From Bacteroidota bacterium (lineage in GTDB: Bacteria; Bacteroidota; Bacteroidia; Chitinophagales; Chitinophagaceae), in the NCBI GenBank assembly GCA_005788265.1, contig SXYR01000101.1, forward strand, positions 1 to 54,599: a stretch of 54,599 nucleotides of DNA, given 5' to 3'. Numbering within the stretch: position 1 is the stretch's first letter; each line of letters begins with the position of its first letter. The translations under genes were made by a program, and so were the position numbers. Shown in pieces: positions 25,763 to 36,000 of this stretch. The notes below the pieces were generated by a model. It searched no databases. It saw only the letters and a program-made list of their open reading frames with translations, and was not told where the DNA came from.

Positions 25763-26650
25763 TTACCCCTGCAACGCAGCAGCACCACTTACAATTTCAG
25801 TAAGCTCAGTTGTAATGGCAGCCTGCCTTGCTCTGTTGTAAGAGATCTTCAATGTCTTGAGCAATTCGTTGGCATTTTCAGATGCCTTGTCCATTGCTGT
25901 CATTCTTGCGCCATGCTCTGATGCATTTCCATCCAACACAGCTTTGTACAATTGTGTATTCAAAATCTTTGGCATGAGCTCGGCAATCAGCACCTCCTGA
26001 GAAGGTTCGAAGATGAAATCAGCTTTCTGAGTTTTACCTTCTGCTGATTTTTCCTGTTTGGGTATTGGTAGGAATGGTTCTGAAACAAAACTTTGTGTGG
26101 CTGCATTCTTGAATTCACTGTATACAATTTCAACTGCATCAAACTCTTTTTCTGCAAATGCCTTTACCGCAGCCTGGGCACAAGCTTGAACGCCGTCAAA
26201 TGAAAGTTGAAGAAAAATATCCCTGAATCTTGTATCAACATGGTAACCTCTCTTTTGAAAAAACTCAGCACCCTTCTTTCCAATGGACCAAATGGTGAGA
26301 TTTCCATTGGCATGTGCATGGGTGAAACGTTGTTTGATTACAGAGATTGCAGCTTTTTGGATATTGGCATTGTAAGCTCCGCACAATCCGCGATCACTGG
26401 TTATGACAATAAGCAATACCTTTTTGACAGGTCTTACATCTGCCAAGGAAATATTTGAATTGCTGTCAACATTGCTGACAATGTTGCTCAACATTTCCTG
26501 TAATTTTTTTGCATATGGACGCACCTGAATGATGGCATCTTGGGCCCGGCGCAATTTGGCAGCACTCACCATCTTCATTGCCTTTGTAATTTGCTGTGTA
26601 GATTGTACCGACTTGATCCTGTTTCTGACTTCCTTTAATTGGCCTGCCAT
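25763..26650 (-). CDS. atpG: ATP synthase F1 gamma subunit
   Basis: RIKSV..TQQITKAMKMVSAAK, TSDRGLCG, SEHGARMTAM, NRARQAAITTEL.EIV.GA. Confidence 0.98.
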   Translation of the reverse strand: MAGQLKEVRNRIKSVQSTQQITKAMKMVSAAKLRRAQDAIIQVRPYAKKLQEMLSNIVSNVDSNSNISLADVRPVKKVLLIVITSDRGLCGAYNANIQKAAISVIKQRFTHAHANGNLTIWSIGKKGAEFFQKRGYHVDTRFRDIFLQLSFDGVQACAQAAVKAFAEKEFDAVEIVYSEFKNAATQSFVSEPFLPIPKQEKSAEGKTQKADFIFEPSQEVLIAELMPKILNTQLYKAVLDGNASEHGARMTAMDKASENANELLKTLKISYNRARQAAITTELTEIVSGAAALQG

Positions 26651-26669
26651 AGGGCTTAAAATTTGAGCG

Positions 26670-26677
26670 CGAAGTTA
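26670..26677 (-). promoter_or_regulatory. Putative -7 element for atpG
   Basis: TAACTTCG, 19 nt before the atpG ATG. Confidence 0.55.
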
Positions 26678-26694
26678 AGCAAATAGGACCAAAA

Positions 26695-27153
26695 TCATTT
26701 CAGATCTAGGATAACATTTACCCACTCCGGGTCAAATGAGGCTTGGTATTTTTTATAAAATTGGATCGCAGGTTCATTCCATTCCAATACCTGCCAGGTA
26801 ATTCTTTGGAATCCCCTGTCCCTGGCCTCTTCTATCAGTTTGTCCATCAGCATTTTACCTATGCCCTTTCCACGATAATTGGCGGTTACAATGATATCCT
26901 CCAGGTACATCACCTGACCCTTCCAGGTGCTGTAGCGGATGTAATACAGTGCAAATGCGACAACCGGTTGGGCAGGCTGTTTGTCATCCTCCACCACAAA
27001 AGCCCACCAGACAGGCTGCGGGCCAAAACCGGATGTTTCAAAATGGAGGGGATCGACTGTTACCTCAAGTGGTGCTTTTTCATAATCGGCTAACTCCTGA
27101 ATGAGTTGCAACATGGCAGGTATATCTCTCCGTTCAGCTCTCCTGATGATCAT
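26695..27153 (-). CDS. GNAT N-acetyltransferase (diamine/SSAT-like)
   Basis: LIQELADYEK, YSTWKG..MYLEDI.V...YRGKGIG, QVLEWNEPAI.FY. Confidence 0.85.
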   Translation of the reverse strand: MIIRRAERRDIPAMLQLIQELADYEKAPLEVTVDPLHFETSGFGPQPVWWAFVVEDDKQPAQPVVAFALYYIRYSTWKGQVMYLEDIIVTANYRGKGIGKMLMDKLIEEARDRGFQRITWQVLEWNEPAIQFYKKYQASFDPEWVNVILDLK

Positions 27154-28373
27154 TGCAATGCCTGTTCAAAATCGTTGAGAATATCTTCCCCGTTTTCAAT
27201 GCCAACACTCAAACGAATCAATCCGTCAGTGATTCCATATTGCAGTCTGTTTTCCCTGGGGATGCTGGAGTGTGACATAGAGGCTGGGTGTGAAAGCAAG
27301 GTATCACAGGTTCCAAGTGAAACCGTCCTTGTACACATCTGTAACTTATTCATGAAATTGACGCCTGCTTTGAATCCCCCTCTCAACTCAAAACTCATCA
27401 TCGCACCTGGATGATTCATTTGCTTTTGTGAAACGTTGAAATCAGGATGTGTTGGGAGTCCGTTGTAGTTTACTTTTTCAATTGCCTGGTGACCTGCAAG
27501 AAATTTTGCTACCTGCATGGCATTTTCACAATGACGCTGCATGCGCAATTCAAGGGTCTTCATTCCATTGATCAGCAAAAATGCTTCGAATGCATTGCTG
27601 TTTCCGCCCAATAAACGATGCGTTTTGGTTGCACGCGTATTCATGAATTCGATGTCAGTTCCAACCAAAATTCCTCCAATGGCCGTTCCATGCCCATTTA
27701 AAAATTTTGTAGTACTGTGTATAATAAAATCAATTCCGTGTTTGAAAGGCTGTTGCAGAAAAGGTGTTGCGAAAGTATTGTCGCATGCAGTTATTTTGCC
27801 GTATTTCTTTGCAAGGTCAGAAAGCGCTTTCAAATCAACACACTGAAGTGTAGGATTGGCGGGTGTTTCAAGATAAATCAGTTTAACAGTACTGTCTTCT
27901 TTCAAGTATTTTTCTGCCAGAGAAAGATCGCGGAGATCAACTATGATAGATGTTAATTCCAGCGGCTCCAACAGGGATTTCATATAATCCTGCGTGCCGC
28001 TGTACAGAGAATAATGTGTAAGAATCTTATCCCCCTTTTTCAAAGTTGCGAGCAACAAAGAACTGATGGCTGCCATTCCAGAAGCATGGAGAATCGCTTT
28101 GGCTTCTACTTGTTTTCCATTGCTGACAATCCCAAAAGTTTCCATCGCAGCAATTTTTTCCTCTGCTTCATTCATGGTTGGATTGCCCCATCTTGAGTAT
28201 ATGTATCCCTTTTCCTGTCCGGAAAACCTTCTGCTTCCCTGTTCTGCTTCATCGTACACATATGTAGATGATGCATATATAGGTGTGAGATGGGCATACA
28301 TGGGATCGGGATGCTGACCGGCATGAATGGCCAGTGAACTAAAGCCCTTGTATATTTTGTTATTTCCTGACAT
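27150..28373 (-). CDS. PLP-dependent trans-sulfuration enzyme (methionine gamma-lyase / cystathionine lyase family)
   Basis: YSRWGNPT, SGMAA, ETPANP, DNTFATP, HSTTKFLNGH (PLP Lys), SLG, RLSVGIE. Start moved to ATG 28373. Confidence 0.88.
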   Translation of the reverse strand: MSGNNKIYKGFSSLAIHAGQHPDPMYAHLTPIYASSTYVYDEAEQGSRRFSGQEKGYIYSRWGNPTMNEAEEKIAAMETFGIVSNGKQVEAKAILHASGMAAISSLLLATLKKGDKILTHYSLYSGTQDYMKSLLEPLELTSIIVDLRDLSLAEKYLKEDSTVKLIYLETPANPTLQCVDLKALSDLAKKYGKITACDNTFATPFLQQPFKHGIDFIIHSTTKFLNGHGTAIGGILVGTDIEFMNTRATKTHRLLGGNSNAFEAFLLINGMKTLELRMQRHCENAMQVAKFLAGHQAIEKVNYNGLPTHPDFNVSQKQMNHPGAMMSFELRGGFKAGVNFMNKLQMCTRTVSLGTCDTLLSHPASMSHSSIPRENRLQYGITDGLIRLSVGIENGEDILNDFEQALQ

Positions 28374-28378
28374 GGTGA

Positions 28379-29371
28379 TTAATTGATGAACCATTTGACC
28401 CAAGTTGCACCCCAGGTAAATCCACCGCCAAAGGCAGCAAGCACAATATTATCTCCTTTTTTCAACTTGGATTGAAAATCCCACAAACACAAAGGAATGG
28501 TTGCGGCAGTCGTATTCCCATATCGCTGAATATTCAACATAACCTTTTCGTCAGAGAGTCCCATGCGTCTGGCGGTTGCATCGATGATGCGTTTGTTCGC
28601 CTGATGGGGAACGAGCCAGGCAATGTCATCAGATTTCAAATGGTTCCGCTCCATCAATTCATAGCTTACATCTGCCATTCCAGTTACGGCAAATTTGAAA
28701 ACAGGCTGCCCATCCTGGTAAATAAAATGCTCTTTCCTGGCAATCGTTTCTGCACTGGGGGGATTGAGTGAACCTCCGCCCTTCATGTGTAAATATTTTC
28801 CTCCGCTTCCGTCACTTTTCAAAATGCTGTCAAGCACACCATAGCCGTCTGTATTGGGTTCAAGCAAAACAGCCCCCGCACCATCACCGAACAAAATACA
28901 AGTTGTGCGATCTGTATAATCCACGATGGAGCTCATTTTGTCTGCTCCAACCACCACTACTTTCTTATAGCGTCCACTTTCAATCAAAGATGCACCGGTG
29001 GTGAGGGCATATAGAAATCCAGAGCATGCAGCTAGTATATCAAATCCCCAGGCATTTTTGATACCCAGTTTGTCACAACTGATATTGGCAGTATTGGGAA
29101 AAAACATGTCCGGGGTAACTGTGGCGACGATCAGACAATCGATTTCATTGGGATCTATGCCGCGTTTTGCACAAAGGTCTTTGACTGCAGGGGCCACCAG
29201 ATCAGATGTTGCCTTGCCCTCACCCCTCAGAATATGCCTTTCGACAATTCCTGTCCGAGTTCTGATCCATTCATCATTGGTATCCACCATTTTTTCAAGA
29301 TCTTCATTGGTAAGCAGGTCTTCTGGAACATAACCACCTACAGAAGTGATCGCAGCAGTGATTTTTTGCAT
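28379..29371 (-). CDS. fabH: 3-oxoacyl-ACP synthase III
   Basis: [17 protein letters not shown] (Cys), PHQAN (His), YGNT (Asn), FGGGFTWG. Start moved to ATG 29371; the ORF-track extension overlaps ruvA. Confidence 0.96.
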   Translation of the reverse strand: MQKITAAITSVGGYVPEDLLTNEDLEKMVDTNDEWIRTRTGIVERHILRGEGKATSDLVAPAVKDLCAKRGIDPNEIDCLIVATVTPDMFFPNTANISCDKLGIKNAWGFDILAACSGFLYALTTGASLIESGRYKKVVVVGADKMSSIVDYTDRTTCILFGDGAGAVLLEPNTDGYGVLDSILKSDGSGGKYLHMKGGGSLNPPSAETIARKEHFIYQDGQPVFKFAVTGMADVSYELMERNHLKSDDIAWLVPHQANKRIIDATARRMGLSDEKVMLNIQRYGNTTAATIPLCLWDFQSKLKKGDNIVLAAFGGGFTWGATWVKWFIN

Positions 29372-29416
29372 ATGATTCAATTGGACCACAAATGTAACTA
29401 TTTTGACGGGTGTTCT

Positions 29417-29424
29417 TATCTTCG
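29417..29424 (+). promoter_or_regulatory. Putative -7 element for ruvA-sprA
   Basis: TATCTTCG, 19 nt before the ruvA ATG; divergent TACATTTG for fabH at 29389-29396. Confidence 0.55.
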
Positions 29425-29443
29425 TTATGTACAATAAAACCTC

Positions 29444-30025
29444 ATGATTGCCAGTTTGACAGGTAACTACATTTTGAAGACTCCCTCCTATGTTCACATG
29501 GATGTGAATGGAGTGGGCTATGAGGCACAAATCAGCTTGAATACTTTTACAAAAATTCAGGATCTGGATAAGGGAACCTTGCTCACCGTTTTGCAGATAA
29601 AGGAGGACAGCCACACTTTGTTTGGATTTGCAGACATCACTGAAAAAAATTTATTCCAACTGCTGATCAATGTAAACGGGGTTGGAGCATCTACGGCAAG
29701 AATGATGCTGTCTGCTATGCTGCCGAATGAATTGAGCAATGCGATTGCTTCTGGAAATACCGTTGCATTGGAAAAAATAAAAGGCATTGGCAGAAAATCT
29801 GCCGAGCGCATCATTCTCGAGCTGAGAGATAAGTTGGCAAAAGGCGGAACGACCGCTTCCCCTTCTGGTTTTGCACATCGTGGTATTCAGGAAGAAGCGC
29901 TGCAGGCACTGATTGCGCTTGGAATTCCCAAAGCATCTGCTGAAACGGCTATTAAAAAATCAACTTTCAATTCCTCTGAAGATACACTTGAATCACTCAT
30001 CAAAAAATCCCTTCAATTTATTTGA
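29444..30025 (+). CDS. ruvA: Holliday junction branch migration protein RuvA
   Basis: GVGY, ED...LFGF, V.GVG...[30 protein letters not shown]. Confidence 0.96.
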   Translation: MIASLTGNYILKTPSYVHMDVNGVGYEAQISLNTFTKIQDLDKGTLLTVLQIKEDSHTLFGFADITEKNLFQLLINVNGVGASTARMMLSAMLPNELSNAIASGNTVALEKIKGIGRKSAERIILELRDKLAKGGTTASPSGFAHRGIQEEALQALIALGIPKASAETAIKKSTFNSSEDTLESLIKKSLQFI

Positions 30026-30059
30026 TTAGAACTCTACTCCACCAAAGAAGAAGGAAATA

Positions 30060-33000
30060 TTGAAAAAGTTATCTTACAAGATAACATGTCTTGTGGTTCT
30101 CCTCATGTATGCTACTCTTTCACATGCATCTGGCATTGCTTTGTCTGAAAAAATACACCCAGCAATCGACACTTTACCTTTAGGTGACTCTTTGTTGTAC
30201 CCACTGCAGGACAGAAGAAGCGATAAAATTTCCCTATCAAAAAAGAATCCTTTTGACCTCAAAGATCCTGTCAATCTGAAGGATTCCCTTGCGTACGATT
30301 ACAAGACAAAAGAATATTACATCATAGAAAAGATTGGAAGCAGGTATTTCAGAAAACCAACTTCTTTGACTTTTGATGAATACATGCGCATTCAATCAAG
30401 GAAGGCTGAAAGAGATTATTTTCAGAAAAGATCCAATACCATCAGTCTGCTGAACAGAAAGCTGGTAAAGCCTCGATTGAGCATGGGTGAAGAATTGTTC
30501 AACCGACTTTTCGGAACGGGGGTCGTCGACATTCGTCCACAAGGCGAAGTGAATATCACCACCGGTTATCAGGGACAAAACATCAAGAATCCAACATTAC
30601 CTGAAAGAGCAAGAAGAAATGGTGGATTGGATTTTGACATGGCGGCCAATTTGAATGTCTTGGGAAACATTGGCGACAAAATGAAATTCCCCATCAGCTA
30701 CAATACACTTTCAACATTCGACTTTGAAAACAGGCTGAAACTCGACTATACAGGCGGCGCTGAGGATGTTTTTAAAAAAATTGAAGTAGGCAATACCTCA
30801 TTTGCCACCAAAGGAACATTGATTCCAGGTGCGCAGCAATTGTTTGGCATCAAAACACAAATGCAATTTGGTAAACTATGGCTTACTACTGTATTTGCGA
30901 GCCAACGTTCACAAAGACAATCAACTGCATTCAAAGGCGGATCATCATCCATGCCTTTTGAAATCAAAGCAGATGAGTACGAAGAAAACAGGCATTTTTT
31001 GCTTGCGCAGCAATTCAGAAGGGATTTCAACAAGGGAATGAAAAATCTTCCCATTGTTAACTCACAAGTTCAACTTCTTAGGTTAGAAGTTTGGGTAACA
31101 AATAGATATGGAGTTACAACCAATGCCAGAGACGTTGTTGGTTTGATGGACCTGGGTGAAGACAAACCTTTTCAGCAACCCCCTGTGATCAATCCACGTC
31201 CAGGCTCTACATATCCTTCTAATCAATCAAATGATTTGTACAGCAAAATAATCAGCAGTCCCAACAGCCGCAATCCTGCGCAAGTAGTGAACTTCATGAA
31301 TTCTATCGGACTCCAACCAATTCGTGACTTCGAAAAAACCTTTGCAAGGAAGCTGGACTCCTCTCAATATTATTTCAACAGGCAACTAGGATTCATTTCA
31401 CTCAATGTAACACTTCAACCTGATGAAGTACTGGGTGTAGCTTTTCAATACACCGTGAATGGCAAAGTATTTCAAGTGGGTGAATTTGCACAAGATGTGC
31501 CAGTTGATTCAACCAGCGGGGTTTCCAAAATACTTTTCTTGAAACTGCTGAAAGCAACATCACAAAGAACATCGCTGCCTATTTGGGACCTGATGATGAA
31601 GAATGTCTACGCAGTGGGTGCTGGACAACTGGAACGACAGGACTTTCAATTCAATGTATTGTACCAAGAGCCAGGTGGTGGTGAGAAAAGATACATCACT
31701 GAGGGAGAGCAAGCGGGTGTTCCCTTGATTACCTTGTTGAATCTTGACAGACTGAACAACCAAAATGATCCGCAACCAGATGGTGTATTTGATTATGTAG
31801 AAGGATTTACAGTAAATTCCTATCAAAGTCGCGTCATGTTTCCGGTACTTGAACCCTTTGGCCATGATTTGGATTTTGCATTTGCGGATCCCGCATTGCG
31901 TGACAAATACTTGTTTTATCCACTTTATGATACCATCAAAGCCATTGCGCAGACATATGCCAACCTGAACAGATTTATTATGAAGGGCAGTTCAAAATCT
32001 TCCGGCGGATCATCCGGCGAAATTTCTTTGAATGCATTTAATATTCCACAGGGCTCTGTCACCGTAACAGCAGGTGGACAACAACTCATAGAGAATGTAG
32101 ACTACACGATTGATTACTTATCTGGAACCCTGCGCGTGATCAACAGTTCTATCAAACAATCGGGAGTTCCTGTCAATGTTCAATTTGAAAACAACGCAAC
32201 TTTTGGAGTACAACAAAGAACGTATACCGGCATCCGTTGGGACTACCTATTCAGTGACAAATTTTCGATCGGAGGCAATATGGTGAGATTGGGAGAACGA
32301 CCGTTTTTCACAAAAATGGAATATGGTTCTGACCCCATCAGAAACAGCATGGCCGGACTGGATATGTCCTACAACAATGAAGTCCCTAGATTGAGCAAGT
32401 GGCTCAGCAAACTGCCTTTTTATGAGGCATCGGGCTCTTCCAGCATAAGTGCTTCTGCTGAAATTGCGCAATTGAAACCCGGTCACGCTCCTCAAATCGG
32501 CAAGGGCGGAAAAGGATTGGTGTATTTGGATGATTTCGAGGGAACAAAATCAAGCATTGATTTAAGATTCCCCATCATTGGATGGACGCTTGCCTCTACT
32601 CCAGCAGGTGCAAAAGATCGTTTTGGAAATACCATGTTCCCAGAAGCAACTTCATTTGACAATATTGATTACGGAAAGAACAGGGCAAAACTTGCATGGT
32701 ACAATATTGAACCCATTCTACAGGAAAAAAGAAATTTAAGCAACCCGCTTCGAAACGACATTGAACAACTTTCAGATCCGAGGGTGCGAAGTGTCGGACA
32801 ACAGGAAATATTTCCAAGAAGAACACCTGACTTTGGTCAAAGCCAACTCGTAACATTTGACTTGGCATATTATCCCAAAGAGAGGGGTCCCTATAATTAT
32901 GATGCAACCAACATCGAAGGCAACGGCATACTTAAAAATCCTAAGCAACGTTGGGGCGGTATCATGCGCAACATTGATCAGACAGATTTTGAAACCGCCA

Positions 33001-36000
33001 ATATAGAGTTCATTGATTTTTGGGTATTGGATCCCTTTATCAAAAACACCAACAAAGCGGGTGGTTCCATGTACATCAATCTTGGAAATATCTCAGAAGA
33101 TATTCTAAAGGATTCAAGAAGATTTTATGAGAACGGATTGCCAACACCTACCATTCCATCCAGCATTGCCACGTCCAATTGGGGAAGGGTTCCATTGAAT
33201 CCAACACAAATCACAACAGGCTTTAGCAATGAACCAAATGATCGCCCTTTTCAGGATGTGGGATTGGATGGGTTGACAGATTCTGCAGAAGTTGCAAAAA
33301 GAAAAGATTATTTAAACGATATGGTATCAAGACTGGGTGTTGGATCTGAAGCGTATAAACAAGCCGTCGCTGATCCATCTTCAGATAATTTCAAATACTA
33401 CAGGGATGCAACATATGATCAGGAGAATGCAGGTATTCTAAAACGATATAAAAATTTCAATAACCCACAAGGCAACTCACCAGTTGCAAGGGCTGGAGAT
33501 GCATTTGCATCCGCATTTACACTGTATCCGGATGGAGAGGATTTGAACAGAGACAATACCTTGAATGAAGCGGAGGAATATTTTCAATACAGAATTGATT
33601 TCAAACCTTCCGAAGATCCCCTCATGCAAGTTGGTAAAAATTTTATTGCAGATAAAAAGTCAGTGAACGTAATACTTTCAGACGGCACAAAGCAGGATCA
33701 GATCTGGTATCAATTCAGGGTGCCCATCAACGCATACACCAGCAAAGTGGGTGAAATTCCTGATTTTAAATCCATTCGCTTCATCAGAATGTTTTTGACT
33801 GACTTTGAAGATTCAGTGGTCATGCGATTTGCAAAATTGGAACTGGTGAGAAACAACTGGAGAAGTTTTGCATACGAATTGGATACAACCGGAACCTATA
33901 TCGCATTGAATAAATCAAATGAAAATACTTTCTTCAATGTGACGGCCGTTAACATTGAAGAGAATGATAAAAGAGATCCCATTCCCTATCGAACGCCGCC
34001 GGGCATAGAACGGGTTCAAACACTCAGCAATGGCGGTATTAATATTTTACAAAATGAGCAAGCTTTGAGCATGACGGTATTGAATCTGGAAGAAGGAAGA
34101 GGCAGGGCTGTTTTCAAGGGATTCAATCACGACCTGAGACAATATAAAACAATCTCCATGTTTTATCATGCCGAAAGCCTGAAACAATATGCCAGGATCA
34201 ATGATGGAGAACTTTTTGCAGTAGTAAGGTTGGGAACAGACTATATCAATCACTATTATGAAATCAAGTATCCGCTCAAAACAACTCCTTTTGGGAGTTC
34301 AGATGAGAATGTGATTTGGCCCATAGAAAACGAATTGAGTTTTGATTTACAAACATTGGTTGATCTTAAAAACGAACGCAACCTGAAAACAAATAATCCA
34401 ATTGCTATTTATAGAAAAAGAATCAATGGAAAAATCTTCTCCATATACGGCAATCCAAATCTCGCTGAGATCAGGGGTATACTGGCCGGTGTTGAAAATC
34501 CCAAGGATCCATCGGGCGGAAGACCTATCAATGCTGAAGTATGGATCAATGAATTGAGGCTGTCCGGCATCAATGAAAACAGTGCATGGGCAGCTGTGGG
34601 GCAGATGAATATACAGTTGGCAGACTTAGGCACCGTCTCGGTTTCAGCCAACATACATACTGTTGGATTCGGTCAACTTGAACAACGTGTAAATGAACGC
34701 TACAGAAATGATCTTAAACAGTATGATTTATCTGCAAATCTTCAATTGGGAAAATTGCTCCCTAAACAAATCGGATTGGAAATTCCATTCTTCCTGAATC
34801 TTTCTGAAATGATGAGTGCTCCTCAATATGACCCATATGACCGGGATATTTTGTTGAGAGACAAGCTGTCGCTTTACAAAGACAAAAGAGATTCTATCAA
34901 TGGAGATGCAGTTGATTATACAGGAATCAAAACCATCAATTTCACCAATGTTCGTTTTACCCAAAAACAAGACAAGAAAATAAGACTTTGGAGTCTGTCA
35001 AATTTTGACTTCAGCTATTCACTCACACAAACCAGGCAACACAACCCCCTCACAGAAAACAATGAAGTTGCAAAAACGCAGGGAGGCGTTGGATATAATT
35101 TCAACAAACAACCCAAGTACATAGAACCTTTTAAAAAAATCCCCATTCAAAGCAAATGGGTTGATTTTATCAAGAATGCAAACTTCAATCTGATGCCTTC
35201 ATTGATTGGCTTCAGGCTGGATACAAGAAGACAGTTTGGCGCCATACGTCCCCGCAATGTGGGCGGAGGCAAATTCAAAATTCCTGAGACCTATGATAAG
35301 TACTTTGTGGTTGACAGGAATTACAATTTGAGATGGGATCTTACCAAATCACTCAACTTTGATTTCAGGGCTACCAACAATTCGCGTGTGGACGAACCAT
35401 TTGGAAGGATTGATACCAAAGCGAAACAAGATTCCCTCCTGAGAAACTTTCTCAAAGGAGGAAGAAATACACTTTACAGTCACAATGCAGACCTTACTTA
35501 CAATGTACCACTGAATAGCTTCCCATTGCTGGATTGGACAAGTCTAAATGTTGCTTACCGAACGACTTATAATTGGGTTGGCGCTTCCAGACTAGCGGTC
35601 AGTTTGGGAAATACCTTGCAAAACAGCAATCAGGCAGGAGCAACAGCTGAATTAAACTTCACACAACTCTACAGCAAAGTAAGATTCCTGCGTGCAATTG
35701 ATGGAAGCGGCGCTGCACCCGCACCAAAACAACCTAAGGCAGCATCCAATAAAAAGAAAAAAGAAAAGAAAGACAAGGATGGGAAGATCATAGAGGAGAA
35801 AGAAAAGAAAGAAAAGGAAGTGAAACAGAAAAAAGACATTGATTTATCAGGTGCAGAAAAAACAATTCTCAGAATCATTACAGCGCTCAAAAGAGTGGGA
35901 GCCTCTTACAACGAAGGCGGAACAACCTTTCTTCCAGGATATACAGACAGCACAAGGGCAATAGGACAAAATTGGAAAAGTCTCTCGCCGGGAGTAGATT

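Noticed and set aside
27150-28373. Specific call as methionine gamma-lyase (megL)
   Set aside because: The position equivalent to the MGL YGC motif reads YSG, so substrate specificity cannot be assigned from sequence; left at family level.
29372-29614. 81-aa N-terminal extension of FabH in the ORF track
   Set aside because: Overlaps divergent ruvA and both promoter boxes; FabH homology begins at ATG 29371. Similar over-extensions were trimmed for glgP, queE, folD, guaB, trpS, lemA, the TrmH-family gene and the trans-sulfuration gene.
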